DNA from: Thermoanaerobaculia bacterium
Lineage (GTDB): Bacteria > Acidobacteriota > Thermoanaerobaculia > Multivoradales > JAGPDF01
Assembly: GCA_017998715.1 (NCBI GenBank)
Contig: JAGOCP010000001.1
Location: forward strand, 31,900 to 87,240
Length of the DNA: 55,341 bases
Direction of reading: 5' to 3'
The notes beneath the pieces were generated by a model, which was not told where the DNA came from, searched no databases, and saw only the letters and a program-made list of their open reading frames with translations. Both the position numbers and the translations under genes were made by a program. This document shows, in pieces, positions 35,328 to 45,500 of the stretch (the stretch's first letter is position 1; every line of letters begins with the position of its first letter).

Positions 35328-36037
35328 GTCCCGAATCCCTCCCGCAGCCAGATGAAGCTGCGGTTGCGACCCGCCGCGGCGCCGTCGCGGCGATAGCTTT
35401 CGAGCGTCTCGGGATGGCATGCCGTGCAGACCGCCAGTCGACGGACCTCGCCGACGCCGAGGCGCGCGAGCTCGATCTCGACGGCGAGCGGCAGATCGAT
35501 GTGCGGACGGCCGCGCCTGCCGGGCAAGCGCACCACCGCCGAGCTGCGGGCGGCGACCGGCGCCGCGACCTCCTCGCCCACTTCGTAGCAGCAGGCGCCG
35601 ATCGCCGGCCCGATCCAGGCGACGACGGCGCCCGCATCCGCGAACTCCGCCAGCGCGGCCGCGACGACGCCGCCGACGAACCCGCGCCATCCGGCATGGA
35701 CCGCTGCCACCCGGTCGTCCGCGGCGAGCAGTACCGGCACGCAGTCGGCAGTCACTACCGAGAGCGCCAGCCCGCGGGTCGAAGTCGCCAGCGCATCCCC
35801 TTCGCCGCACTCTCCGCTCCGCCCGGCGAGCACCTTCGCGCCGTGCACCTGGCGCATCCACGCCTGCGGCCGATTCCGGCCGAGCCACGCGACGTCGCTC
35901 TCCCGGACGCCCTGCTCGCCGCGGCCGAGAAAGCGGACCTCGGCGGAGCCTGAGCGGTCGCGCCATCCCGGCAGGCCGCCGGGAGACTCCTGCGCCAAGG
36001 CCGTCGTCAGCACCCGCCGCGTCGTTTCTCGTAGCAT
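35315..36037 (-). CDS. pgeF: Peptidoglycan editing factor PgeF (YfiH/laccase-domain, DUF152)
   Basis: 240-aa ORF. QVHGAKV...TADCVPVLL...AVHAGWRG...IGPAIGACCYEVGEEV. Its 3' end overlaps the convergent rlmN by 13 nt. Confidence 0.9.
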   Translation of the reverse strand: MLRETTRRVLTTALAQESPGGLPGWRDRSGSAEVRFLGRGEQGVRESDVAWLGRNRPQAWMRQVHGAKVLAGRSGECGEGDALATSTRGLALSVVTADCVPVLLAADDRVAAVHAGWRGFVGGVVAAALAEFADAGAVVAWIGPAIGACCYEVGEEVAAPVAARSSAVVRLPGRRGRPHIDLPLAVEIELARLGVGEVRRLAVCTACHPETLESYRRDGAAAGRNRSFIWLREGFGTQDD

Positions 36038-36080
36038 CGCGCGATTCTAGTCGCCGCAGACGCTGCGATACACTGGCGCG

Positions 36081-37541
36081 ATGCCAGTGTGGGAGCCGGT
36101 CATCGGGCTGGAAGTGCACGTCCACCTGAAGACCCGCAGCAAGATCTTCTGTCGTTGCGAGAACCGGTTCGGCGCCGATCCCAATACCCTGGTCTGCCCC
36201 GTCTGTCTCGGCTATCCAGGTACCCTGCCGGTCCTCAACGCGCGCGCCGTCGAGCTCGCGGCGACGCTGGCGCTCGCCCTCGGCTGCGAGGTCGCCGAGC
36301 GCTCCGTCTTCGCGCGCAAGAACTATTTCTACGCCGATCTGCCGAAGGGCTACCAGATCAGCCAGTTCGACCGCCCGCTGGCGATGCGCGGGCTCCTGCC
36401 GCTCGCCGACTCGCCGCGCGCCATTCGCGTGCATCGCCTCCATCTCGAGGAAGACGCGGGGAAGCTCCTGCACGAGTGGCCCGGAGGCGGCCCGACCGAC
36501 GGCGTCAGTCTGGTCGATTTCAACCGCTGCGGCGTGCCCCTGGTCGAGATCGTCTCCGAGCCGGAGATCGCGAGCGCCGCCGAAGCCGAGGACTATCTGC
36601 GCAGCCTGCACCAGGTTCTGCTGTTCACCGGCGCGAGCGACGGCAACCTCGAGGAAGGCTCGCTGCGCTGCGACGCCAACGTCTCGCTCAGGCGCCCGGG
36701 TGAGGAGCGGCTCGGAACCAAGGTCGAGGTCAAGAACCTGAACTCCTTCAAGCACGTGGCGCACGCCGTCGACTACGAGATCCTCCGCCAGGCGGCGGTG
36801 CTCGACGCCGGCGGCACCATCCCGCAGGAGACGCGGAGCTTCGACGCCGAATCCGGGCGCACGCGAACGCTGCGCGGCAAGGAGGCGGCGCACGACTATC
36901 GCTACTTCCCCGATCCCGATCTGCCGCTGCTCCAGCTCGCTGCCGAACGTCTCGCGGAGCTCGCTGCGGCGCTTCCGGAGATGCCCTGGAAGCGTCGCAC
37001 GCGGCTGGTCGAGGAGCTCGGTCTGCCGGCGACGGACGCGCGCGACCTGGTCGCGCAGCGCGAGCTCGCGGACTACTTCGAAGCCGTCGTCGCGGCTGCA
37101 CCCGCACTGCCCCGGGCAGCGGCCAACTGGGTGCGCAACGACGTCGCACGCGAGCTCAAGGAGCGCCAGGCCACCATCGAATCGGCGATCGCGCCACAGC
37201 GCCTGGCCGAGGTCCTGCTCCTGGTCGAGAACGGCGAGGTCTCGTCCGGCGCGGCGCGCGAGCTGCTGCGGGAGATCTGGACGACGGACGAGAGCGCCGC
37301 GGCGGCGATGGCGCGGCTCGGCCTGGCCCAGGTGCGCGACGAAACGCAGCTCGTCGCCTGGGTGCAGGAGGTGCTGGAGAAGAGTCCGAGCCAGGTGGCG
37401 CAGGTTCGGGAAGGCAGGACGCAGGTCCTCGGCTTCCTCGTCGGCCAGGTGATGAAACGCTCGGCAGGAAGGGCCGAGCCGCGGCGGGTGCAGGAGCTCG
37501 TCAAGGCGGCCCTCGGCGTGGAGGAAGACCCTGCGTCCTGA
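36081..37541 (+). CDS. gatB: Asp-tRNA(Asn)/Glu-tRNA(Gln) amidotransferase subunit B
   Basis: 486-aa ORF. WEPVIGLEVHVHLKTRSKIFC...NRCGVPLVEIVSEP...LRCDANVS...KNLNSF and the C-terminal GatB/YqeY domain are present. Confidence 0.95.
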   Translation: MPVWEPVIGLEVHVHLKTRSKIFCRCENRFGADPNTLVCPVCLGYPGTLPVLNARAVELAATLALALGCEVAERSVFARKNYFYADLPKGYQISQFDRPLAMRGLLPLADSPRAIRVHRLHLEEDAGKLLHEWPGGGPTDGVSLVDFNRCGVPLVEIVSEPEIASAAEAEDYLRSLHQVLLFTGASDGNLEEGSLRCDANVSLRRPGEERLGTKVEVKNLNSFKHVAHAVDYEILRQAAVLDAGGTIPQETRSFDAESGRTRTLRGKEAAHDYRYFPDPDLPLLQLAAERLAELAAALPEMPWKRRTRLVEELGLPATDARDLVAQRELADYFEAVVAAAPALPRAAANWVRNDVARELKERQATIESAIAPQRLAEVLLLVENGEVSSGAARELLREIWTTDESAAAAMARLGLAQVRDETQLVAWVQEVLEKSPSQVAQVREGRTQVLGFLVGQVMKRSAGRAEPRRVQELVKAALGVEEDPAS

Positions 37542-37586
37542 GGGGCGGCGCGCGCCGCGCGGCCCGGCCGGCGGGAGCCTCCGGGC

Positions 37587-38336
37587 ATGATCCAGTTCTT
37601 CGGCGTGACCCGACGCTTCCCGACCGGGCAGTCGGCGCTCGACGGCATCAACCTCGAGATCGCACGCGGCGAGTTCTGCTTCATTACCGGGGCGAGCGGC
37701 GCCGGCAAGACCACGCTGCTCAAGCTCATCTTCCGTGAGGACGTTCCGACCGCCGGGCAGATCCTGGTCAACGGCCGCAATGTCTCGCTGATTCCGCGCG
37801 GCAAGATTCCCTTCCTCCGGCGCACCATCGGGGTGGTCTTCCAGGACTTCCGACTCATCGAGCGCAAGACGATCTTCGAGAACGTCGCCTTTCTGCCTCG
37901 CATCCTGGGGCTCGACCACAGTCGGCAGAAGCGCGTCGCCTTCGAAGCGCTGCGCCGCGTGGGCCTGTCCCATCGGATGGCGAGCTTTCCCAGCCAGCTT
38001 TCCGGAGGCGAAAAGCAGCGGGTGGCCATCGCGCGGGCGCTGATCAACGAGCCCGAGATCCTGATCGCCGACGAGCCTACCGGCAACCTCGACGAGGAGC
38101 TGTCGCAGGAGATCGTCCGCCTCTTCCTCGACATCCACCTGCGCGGCACGACGGTCCTCTTCGCCACCCACGACCGCTCCCTCATCGAGAGCGTCGGCCA
38201 CCGCGTCCTGACGCTCGCCCACGGCCGCCTGATCGACGACCGGCCGTCGCGCCGCGCGCCGGCGCCGACGCCGCCAGAAGCGCCGCCGGCGATGCCTCCG
38301 CCGGATGAAGGCAGCGACTCCGGAGGCATCGTTTGA
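37587..38336 (+). CDS. ftsE: Cell division ATP-binding protein FtsE
   Basis: 249-aa ORF with Walker A (GASGAGKTT), ABC signature (LSGGEKQRVAIARAL) and Walker B (ILIADEPTGNLD). It has a Pro-rich C-terminal tail. Confidence 0.93.
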   Translation: MIQFFGVTRRFPTGQSALDGINLEIARGEFCFITGASGAGKTTLLKLIFREDVPTAGQILVNGRNVSLIPRGKIPFLRRTIGVVFQDFRLIERKTIFENVAFLPRILGLDHSRQKRVAFEALRRVGLSHRMASFPSQLSGGEKQRVAIARALINEPEILIADEPTGNLDEELSQEIVRLFLDIHLRGTTVLFATHDRSLIESVGHRVLTLAHGRLIDDRPSRRAPAPTPPEAPPAMPPPDEGSDSGGIV

Positions 38337-39241
38337 ACGTCTTCCAGGCGTTCAGCTATTTCGTGCGCGAGGCTGCGGTAGGTCTCGCCCGCAGCTTCCG
38401 CGTCAGCCTGCTCGCGATCTTCACCATCGCGGTCAGCCTCTTTCTCTCCGGCATGGTGCTGCTGGTGAGCAAGAACCTGTCGCGCACCGTGCATGAGTGG
38501 CGCGCCGAGGCGCGCTTCGCCGTCTACCTCGCACCCGAAGTCGACGCCGGAGCCCGCGCAGCGCTGCGCGCCGTCATCGAGCAGGGACGCTGGACGGAGG
38601 CGCTCGCCGAGATCACCCCTGAGGCGGCGCGGGCGCGCTTCGAACGCGCCTTCCCGAGCCTCGCCGAGCTCGTCGCCGAGCGCGGCGAGGGAGCCCTGCC
38701 GTTCTCCTTCGAGGCGGTGCTCACGAGCGTCCCGGCGGCCGAGATGGTTGCGTTCACCGCTTGGGTGGACGATCTGCGCACCCAGCCCGGCGTCGCCATG
38801 GTGGACGCGGATCAGGACTGGATCAGCCAGATCGAGACCGTGCTCGCCCTGATTCGCGGTCTCGGCGTGGCGCTCGCCGCGATCCTGCTCGGCGCCTCGG
38901 TGTTCACCATCGCCAGCGTCGTGCGCCTGACCTCGTTTCTCTATCGCGAAGAGATCGCCGTCATGCGCCTGGTCGGCGCCACCGAGTTCTACATCCGCGG
39001 CCCGTTCTACTTCGAGGGAATTCTCCAGGGGCTGCTCGGCGGCCTGATCGCCGTCGCCGCCCTGGGCGGTGTCCATCTGCTGATCGCGCCGCGCGTCGCG
39101 AGCTCGCTGGTCGCCGGCGCTCTCGCCGCCAGCTTCCTGAGCGTCGCCGAGCTCGTCGCTCTGGTGGCCTTCGGGGCCGTCGCCGGGTGGGCGGGCGCCG
39201 TCGTCTCGCTCTCCCGCGAAAGCCTAGAGACTCCCACCTAG
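38333..39241 (+). CDS. ftsX: Cell division permease-like protein FtsX
   Basis: The TTG start overlaps the ftsE stop (TTGA). It has four TM spans with a large first periplasmic loop, and ...MRLVGATEFYIRGPFYFEG... is the FtsX-like motif. Confidence 0.9.
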   Translation: MNVFQAFSYFVREAAVGLARSFRVSLLAIFTIAVSLFLSGMVLLVSKNLSRTVHEWRAEARFAVYLAPEVDAGARAALRAVIEQGRWTEALAEITPEAARARFERAFPSLAELVAERGEGALPFSFEAVLTSVPAAEMVAFTAWVDDLRTQPGVAMVDADQDWISQIETVLALIRGLGVALAAILLGASVFTIASVVRLTSFLYREEIAVMRLVGATEFYIRGPFYFEGILQGLLGGLIAVAALGGVHLLIAPRVASSLVAGALAASFLSVAELVALVAFGAVAGWAGAVVSLSRESLETPT

Positions 39242-39337
39242 CCCGACCGGCTCACCGGCTTCGTCGCGAAGCGCTGCGGATGCCCGTGACTGCAAGGCGT
39301 CGCGCCATCTTCAGTCGGCGGCCCGCGCAGAAAAGCA

Positions 39338-39369
39338 AAGACCCCGCGGAAGCTGCTCCGCGGGGTCTT
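39338..39369. terminator. Bidirectional rho-independent terminator between the convergent ftsX and ompA-like genes
   Basis: AAGACCCCGCGGA-agctgc-TCCGCGGGGTCTT is a perfect 13-bp stem, flanked by aaaagc on the left and tctcctt on the right. Confidence 0.75.
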
Positions 39370-39412
39370 CTCCTTCCGGCTGCGAGCGAGGAGTACCTCG
39401 CCCGATAGCGGC

Positions 39413-40768
39413 CTACGGCAGGCGAACCACGATCACCGCGCGCCGGTTCTGCTCCCGGCCTGCGTCGGTGTCATTGGCCGCGGCGGGCTCGGAGCTGCCG
39501 CGGGTTTCGACCGCGATCCGGTTGCCGTCGATCTGGTGACGGGTCACCAGGAATCCCTTCGCCGCTTCGGCGCGACGCATACCGAGAGCCTGGTTGGCGG
39601 CTTCGCCACCCTGACCGTCCGCGTGACCGATGATCAACGCGGTTGCCGCCGGGTTCTGCTTCAGGCGCAGCGCGACTTCGTCGAGCTTCGCCTTGGCGAT
39701 GTTCGACAGCCGATCGCTCGAGCTCGCGAAGTTGATCTCTTCGCGCGTCTCGACAGGCGCCGGCGGCGGCGCGGGCGCCGGCGCGGGTGCGGGTTCCGGG
39801 GCGGGCGTCGGTTCCGGCGCCGGGGCAGGCGGCGGCGGCGCGACCGGCGGCGGCGGCGGGACGACGGCCACCGGCCGGCGATCCGGCATCAGCGTCAGGC
39901 CGATGAGGCCGCCGACCGGGCAGTGCTCGTCCGTATCGGAAAGCTGGTTGAGCTCGAGGCGGAGTGCAAAATTGACCGCCCAGGTGTGGCTTTCGCCGAA
40001 CCAGTAGCGTCCGCCGCTGGTGAGGTCGAAGGCATCGTCTGCGTTCGAGTCGCCGCCCTGATTGAAGGTCGCGGCGAGCTCGGTGATCCAGTCGAAGCGC
40101 TCGTTGATGGCGGCCGAGTAGCCGAGGCCGGCCTGGAGCTCCTCGGAGACGTCGAAATGATTGGCATCGCCCGGATCGCGGTAGCCCAAGCGCGCGAGCC
40201 AGTTCTGGGCGAAGTTCCAGTTGACGCCGACGCCGAAGCCGGTGTCGCCGGTGACGATGCCTTCGTCCTCATCGCCCGTCGGCAGGTCGACGAAAGCGTT
40301 GAGCGAAAGCGCCGTGCCTTCATCGACATTGCCGAACAGCTGGTACTTCGCTCCGACGTGGATATTGCCGATGCCGCTGCCGTCGATCTTGTTGCTGAAG
40401 CTCCGGCCGTTGACGTAACCGAGATGCCGGTTGTCGGATGCCGAGAAGTCCTCGTAGGGCACCATCACCGAGAGCTCGAACCGGTCGGTCAGGCCGTAGC
40501 CGACGCTGGCGCTCAGCCGGTTCCAGTCGTAGTCCCAGTTGTCCGAGAGCGGACGAGAAACGCCGCCCGGAACCGGCGCGACGAGCCGATCCCAGTTGTT
40601 GTAGTAGAAGCCGAGCGACCACTCGCCCTTGGGCAGGGTCCAACCGTCGAGCAGCGTGAACATGCCCGTTTCACCCGTCGCCGTCGGCGCCGAGGAAAGC
40701 TGCGCGAAGGCCGGCAGGCCGCCGGCGCAGAACGCGACCAGAATGAGAACCAACAGTGTCTTTCGCAT
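39413..40768 (-). CDS. OmpA-family outer membrane protein (large N-terminal beta-barrel, Pro-rich hinge, OmpA_C domain)
   Basis: The internal ATG at 40768 has a GGAGG SD. Signal peptide: MRKTLLVLILVAFCAGGLPAFA. A region of about 290 aa has alternating beta-strand patterns. The hinge is VVPPPPPVAPPPPAPAPEPTPAPEPAPAPAPAPPPAP. The C-terminus ...LIIGHADGQGGEAANQALGMRRAEAAKGFL...NRRAVIVV is the peptidoglycan-binding OmpA_C domain. Confidence 0.88.
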   Translation of the reverse strand: MRKTLLVLILVAFCAGGLPAFAQLSSAPTATGETGMFTLLDGWTLPKGEWSLGFYYNNWDRLVAPVPGGVSRPLSDNWDYDWNRLSASVGYGLTDRFELSVMVPYEDFSASDNRHLGYVNGRSFSNKIDGSGIGNIHVGAKYQLFGNVDEGTALSLNAFVDLPTGDEDEGIVTGDTGFGVGVNWNFAQNWLARLGYRDPGDANHFDVSEELQAGLGYSAAINERFDWITELAATFNQGGDSNADDAFDLTSGGRYWFGESHTWAVNFALRLELNQLSDTDEHCPVGGLIGLTLMPDRRPVAVVPPPPPVAPPPPAPAPEPTPAPEPAPAPAPAPPPAPVETREEINFASSSDRLSNIAKAKLDEVALRLKQNPAATALIIGHADGQGGEAANQALGMRRAEAAKGFLVTRHQIDGNRIAVETRGSSEPAAANDTDAGREQNRRAVIVVRLP

Positions 40769-40946
40769 CGTTCCTCCAGATTGCGCGGGTGAAGTGTCCA
40801 CCGCGAAAAAGTACGCCAGGGTCGAGAAGACGACCTTTCAGTCGGATTCTAACCCCATCCCGGGGCCTTGGCGCCGCCTCTTGGGGAGAATCCGCAGAAA
40901 GCCTACGGCGCCCGTCGGCTCGTTGTCCGGTTGCTGCGCGGGGAGA

Positions 40947-40967
40947 CCGGCGCCGCTTCGGCGCCGG
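40947..40967 (-). terminator. GC-rich stem-loop just after the DUF4388 gene stop
   Basis: CCGGCGCC-gcttc-GGCGCCGG is a perfect 8-bp stem, 7 nt downstream of the stop on the minus strand. There is no U-tract. Confidence 0.35.
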
Positions 40968-40973
40968 GGGGAT

Positions 40974-41795
40974 TCAGGCGGGCTGCAGCAGCTGCCCGAC
41001 GCGGTCGAGGAAGGTCTTGGCCTGATTGGGGCCGAGCTGTGCGGAAACGACCTTTTCACAAGCCCGCACGAGGTCGAGGACGGCGTCCGCCCCGCGACCC
41101 GATTCCATCTCGGCCCGGTACAGACGCAGCGCGCCGTCGAGTTGGCCGGTGCGCTCCTGACCCGCCATCAACTGCTGGCCGAAGCGGTAGATCTGTTCGG
41201 CGACACGCACCTGTTCGTCGGCGCTCATGCGCTGCAGGCGATCGAGCGGCAGGCGCCGCAGGTCCTCGCGCAACGCCAGAACTCCGGCGGTGAGCAGGCC
41301 GTAGATCACCTTGCAGACCTCGAAAGCGCCGTGCCCGAGTCCGGCGGCGATCTCGTCGATGTTGCGCCGCTCGTCCACCTTGGAGACCACCGCCCACTCG
41401 CTCGGGGAGAACGAGACCGAGCTCAAGCCCTCCTGGGGCGAGAACACCGGGACCATTCGCGTCGAACCGATCTTCTTCGACAGGATCTTCCACTCGTCGA
41501 TCTGCCGCGCCGCCTCCATGAGGAGATTGGTGTTCGACTTGTCGATCGACTCGACTTCCGACTCGGTTCCGGGTGTGAAGACAAACTCCCCCTGCTGCCA
41601 GCGAGCGAGCTCGTACACGGCGTGTTCGCCGACGAGAGTGCTCACAGCGGCATGGATGATCTGTCCCTTGCGCAGGAAAATCTTCCCGGCCTCCGCGCCG
41701 TTCTTCAGCGTGAAGACTCCGGTCTTCCCCGACACCGCTACCAACTGAATGATGTCGGGCAGCGGCAACTCGCGAAGTGATCCTTGAAAGGCCAC
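40974..41795 (-). CDS. DUF4388 (PATAN-type) domain protein
   Basis: 273-aa ORF with a GTG start. GSLRELPLPDIIQLVAVSGKTGVFTLKNGAEAGKIFLRKGQIIHAA...GEHAVYELARWQQGEFVF is the DUF4388 signature. The remaining roughly 180 aa are helical with no domain I can name. Confidence 0.8.
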   Translation of the reverse strand: MAFQGSLRELPLPDIIQLVAVSGKTGVFTLKNGAEAGKIFLRKGQIIHAAVSTLVGEHAVYELARWQQGEFVFTPGTESEVESIDKSNTNLLMEAARQIDEWKILSKKIGSTRMVPVFSPQEGLSSVSFSPSEWAVVSKVDERRNIDEIAAGLGHGAFEVCKVIYGLLTAGVLALREDLRRLPLDRLQRMSADEQVRVAEQIYRFGQQLMAGQERTGQLDGALRLYRAEMESGRGADAVLDLVRACEKVVSAQLGPNQAKTFLDRVGQLLQPA

Positions 41796-41847
41796 GATCT
41801 CCCGTCACTACTTCGGCTGGTCCTTCTGCCTTTTCGTTGAAGGCTGA

Positions 41848-41877
41848 AGCGTAGCACAGCAAAAAAAACACGGTCAA
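41848..41877 (-). promoter_or_regulatory. Sigma-70-like promoter candidate for the DUF4388 gene
   Basis: On the minus strand: TTGACC (41877-41872), an 18-nt spacer containing T8, then TACGCT (41853-41848). It lies in the AT-richest patch of the window. Confidence 0.35.
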
Positions 41878-41911
41878 GCGCGAGGCGAGGAGCTAAGCGT
41901 CTGATCGAAAG

Positions 41912-42418
41912 CTACTTAGAGACCGCTGTCCGCTCCGTCAACCGGCGAAGACTCTGCTGCTGCGAGGAGCAAAGAGCGACCGCCAGGGCGTCCGTCGCGT
42001 CGCTGGGAACGGCTGCCGCATCCATCCCGAGCAGCAGTCGGACCATGCGAGCGACCTGCTCCTTCTCGGCCCGTCCGCTGCCGGTGACGGCGCTCTTGAC
42101 CTCCGCCGGCGAATACTCCTCGATCCGCAGGCCGCTGCGTGCGAGCGTCACCAGCAATGCACCGCGCGCTTCCGCGAGAACGATCACCGAGCGCGAGTTC
42201 ACGCCGTGAAACGGCTTCTCGATGGCGACGAAATCCGGGCGGGTGCGCAGCAGGAGCTCGTCGAGACCGTCGGCGAGGATCTTCAGCCGCTCGGCGACGT
42301 GGAGCTTCGGCGGAGCCGACCAGCGACCGGCGTCGAGCGCACGCGCCTTGCCTGCGGAGCAGGCGATCAGCCCGTATCCTGTGTGCAGGCTGCCTGGGTC
42401 GAGTCCGAGGATGAGCAT
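41912..42418 (-). CDS. ruvC: Crossover junction endodeoxyribonuclease RuvC
   Basis: The internal ATG at 42418 gives MLILGLDPGSLHTGYGLI..., the canonical RuvC start. ...VAIEKPF... and ...DATDALAVALC... carry the catalytic acidic residues. Confidence 0.93.
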   Translation of the reverse strand: MLILGLDPGSLHTGYGLIACSAGKARALDAGRWSAPPKLHVAERLKILADGLDELLLRTRPDFVAIEKPFHGVNSRSVIVLAEARGALLVTLARSGLRIEEYSPAEVKSAVTGSGRAEKEQVARMVRLLLGMDAAAVPSDATDALAVALCSSQQQSLRRLTERTAVSK

Positions 42419-42486
42419 GCGCGGCGAAACCGCCGGCATCCTACGCTAAACCCCTCAGGAATCAGCGGATCGCACCGGCAGTCTGA

Positions 42487-42515
42487 TTGACTCGTTGCAG
42501 TCAGAGTGTTAGAAC
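42487..42515 (+). promoter_or_regulatory. Sigma-70-like promoter candidate for the kinase gene
   Basis: TTGACT (42487-42492), a 17-nt spacer, then TAGAAC (42510-42515), about 28 nt upstream of the ATG at 42544, which has a GAGGGAG SD. Confidence 0.35.
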
Positions 42516-42543
42516 TCTCGCAACGTCTCTTGAGGGAGTTCCG

Positions 42544-45500
42544 ATGTCGTTGATCCTCGTCGTTGAATCGGAAGGTCGACACGCCGAACGCGTGCGCGAC
42601 GGCCTCGGGTCGGACGGCTGGCAGGTCGAAGTCGTTGCGAGCTGCGAAGCCGCGGTGGCAGCGGTCGCCGATCGGGCGCCACAGCTCGTCCTGATCAACG
42701 CCGAGCTCCCCGGGGCGCCGGAGATGCTGCGCAGCCTGTCACGCGCCCATGGCGGACCCGGTTCGATCGCCCTCCTGCCCGAGATCGTAGGCAAGGACCT
42801 GGGCCCGCTCGATGCCGACGAGTCCCTGATCAAGCCGTTCAGCGAAAAGGATCTGCGGCAACTGGCGCGACGGGTGGTCTCGAGCGCGCGCGCACCCCGC
42901 AAGAGCGAAGCGGAGGCCGATCAGAAGCGGCTGACGTCGCACGAGCTCTTCGGCGATCTCCTCGCCGAGGTGGAGAGCGAAGTCGCGGCGGCGAGACCTG
43001 CCGCCCCGGAACCCTCCCGGCCGCCGGCGACGGCACCCGCGCCTGCGCCAGTCGTCGCCGCGCCTGCGCCCGCGCCCGCGAGCGGACGCTCCCTCGAAAT
43101 GGAGCAGCGCCTCGAACGCACCCTGTCCGGGATGATCAAGGACGAACGCGCCGCGGCACCGACGCCGAAAAAGGCGTCGACCAAGATCGACGACATGCTC
43201 ACGGCCACCCTCTCCGGCCTCGACATGCCGAAGAAGACCAAGCCGGCGGCGACGTCGGCGGCGGGCTCGTCAGCATCCGCCGCCGGGGCGCCCAGCGCTG
43301 CGCTCGCCCAGCCGACGGCCGCCACCGCGCCGCGACCACCGGCCGAGCCCCCCATTCCAGCCATGCCCGTCGCGCCCGCGGCGGCTCCGGCGGTGCCAGT
43401 GCCGGCACCGATCTCCGCCGCTACGGCGGCGATTCCAATCGTCGCCGCAGCGCCGGCGCCGCCACCCGTCGCGCCACCCGCCGCCAAGCCTCCAGCACCC
43501 GCGCCGACGCCTGCACCAGCGGTGGCGACGACCGCAGCGGTGAAGCCGGCGGAGCCGACCACCGCCGTGCGGCGACAGAGCCGCGAGATCGATCTCGCCC
43601 AGCTCGACCAGCTCGCCAAGCCGCGCGCCAAAGAGAGCACACCGGCGGCACGACCCGCAGCGCCCAAGGAGACCTTCGCGACCCAGAAGATCTCGATCCA
43701 GCCCTCCTTCCTGCAACCCCCGTCGAGCGAGTTCGGGCAGTACACCCTGCTCGAGCGGATCGCGGTCGGCGGCATGGCGGAGGTCTGGAAGGCGCGCATG
43801 AAGGGCGTCGAGGGCTTCCAGAAGACGGTCGCCATCAAGAAGATCCTGCCGCATCTCACGGACAGCTCCGACTTCGTCACCATGTTCATCGACGAGGCGA
43901 AGCTCGCGGCGCAGTTGAACCACAACAACATCATCCACATCTACGACCTCGGCAAGATCGGCGAGGACTACTTCATCGCCATGGAGTTCGTGGATGGCAA
44001 GGACCTGCGCTCGATCCTGAACAGCGCGCGCGCCGAGAGCCGGCCGCTGCCGCTCGGCCTCGCCCTGCTGGTCGGATCCCGCCTCGCCTCGGCGCTCGAC
44101 CATGCGCACCGGCAGAAGGACTTCGAGGGACGCCCGCTCGGCCTCGTGCATCGCGACGTCTCGCCGCAGAACGTCCTCATCAGCTACGAGGGCGACATCA
44201 AGCTCTGCGACTTCGGCATCGTCAAGGCGGTCACCAAGGCCTCGAAGACGCAGATGGGGGCGCTCAAGGGGAAGCTCCAGTACATGTCGCCGGAGCAGGC
44301 CTGGGGACGCCCGGTCGACGCGCGCTCGGACATCTTCTCGCTCGGTTCGCTGCTGTTCGAGATGCTCACCGGCCGGCGCCTGTTTTCCGGCGAGAGCGAG
44401 ATGTCGGTCCTCGACGCCGTGCGCGAGGGACGCATCCAGGCGCCGCGGGATCTCGATCCCCGCCTGCCGCTCGAGGTGAACGCCCTCGTCCTCAAGGCGC
44501 TCGCACGCGACCCCGACGACCGCTTCCTCACCGCCGGCGAAATGCAGCGCGAGATCGACGGCATCCTCGCCTCGCTCAAGCCGGCGCCCTCGCAGTCCGA
44601 TCTCGGCACTTACCTGCATCAGCTCTTCGCTGCCGAGGCACAGGCCGGCGCCGCGCCAGCCGCGTCCGCCGCCGCTCCAGCAGCAGCTCGCGGCGCCGCG
44701 AGCACGGCCTCGGCAGCAGTTCCGGCGCGCCAGCCCGAGGTCGCCGTCGTCGCTCCGACCGGAGTGTCGAAGATCGAGGACGCCGACAGCGGGCGCAGCG
44801 GCAAGCTGCTCTGGATGGCCATCGGCGGAGTCGCCGCCGCTGGCCTGATCGCCTACCTGCTGCTCGGGCGCGGGACGCCCGCGGCGCCTCCTGCCGCTCC
44901 CGCACCGACCGCCGTCGAGAGCCCGGCAGCGCCCGCCAGCGAAGTCGGCGCGAGCGCCGGCGCCACCGATGCCGGGCAGCCGTCAGCCGAGGCCGCTGGC
45001 GCTTCGCCAGCGACGGTCTCGCCCGCCGCGCCCGTCGCCGGCCAGAACGTCGACCAGATGGTGAGCGACGAGGTCAAGCGGCGCGAGGAAGAGCTCAAGA
45101 AGAAGTACGAAGACGAGCTCGCGCGGCGCAAGGCCGAGCTCGACAAACTGAATACCAAGCCCGCGACGGCGACTGCACCCGCCGCAGCGCCCCCGGTGAC
45201 TGCCGCACCGCCGCCGACGCAGGAAGCGCCGCCCGCTCCGGCGCCGGTAGCAGATCCGGTCATCGAGACCCCACCGGCTGCCGCCGCGCCGCAACCGGTA
45301 GTCGAAACGCCGCCCGCCGCCGCAGCGCCGCAGGGGCCGGAAGTCAAGGAGGGAGATCTCGTCCGTCCGGGCGCCGGCGTGAAGCCGCCAGTTCTTGTCA
45401 GCCTCACGAAACCAGAGTATCCTGCGATGGCTCGACGCATGAAAGTGGAAGGGACGGTGGTCGTGTCCCTGCTGGTCGATGAGACTGGCCGAGTGGCGGA

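Noticed and set aside
35085-38222. 1045-aa ORF on the minus strand spanning pgeF to ftsE
   Set aside because: It is antisense to gatB and ftsE, which have unambiguous motifs. The translation is Arg/Ala/Gly-rich without domains. The same reasoning rejects 17618..20056 (antisense to uvrD), 73..1710 (antisense to the GT4 gene), 5905..7674, 7739..9694, 28396..29163, 31680..32549 and 45921..46871.
39280-39408. 42-codon ORF (MPVTARRRAIFSRRPAQKSK...) in the ftsX/ompA spacer
   Set aside because: It runs straight through the 13-bp-stem bidirectional terminator and has no SD. Its composition is that of non-coding GC-rich DNA.
41861-41868. A8/T8 homopolymer as the U-tract of a ruvC terminator
   Set aside because: The preceding sequence forms only a mismatched weak stem. 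The tract fits better as the spacer of a TTGACC-N18-TACGCT promoter for the downstream DUF4388 gene. Neither interpretation is proven.
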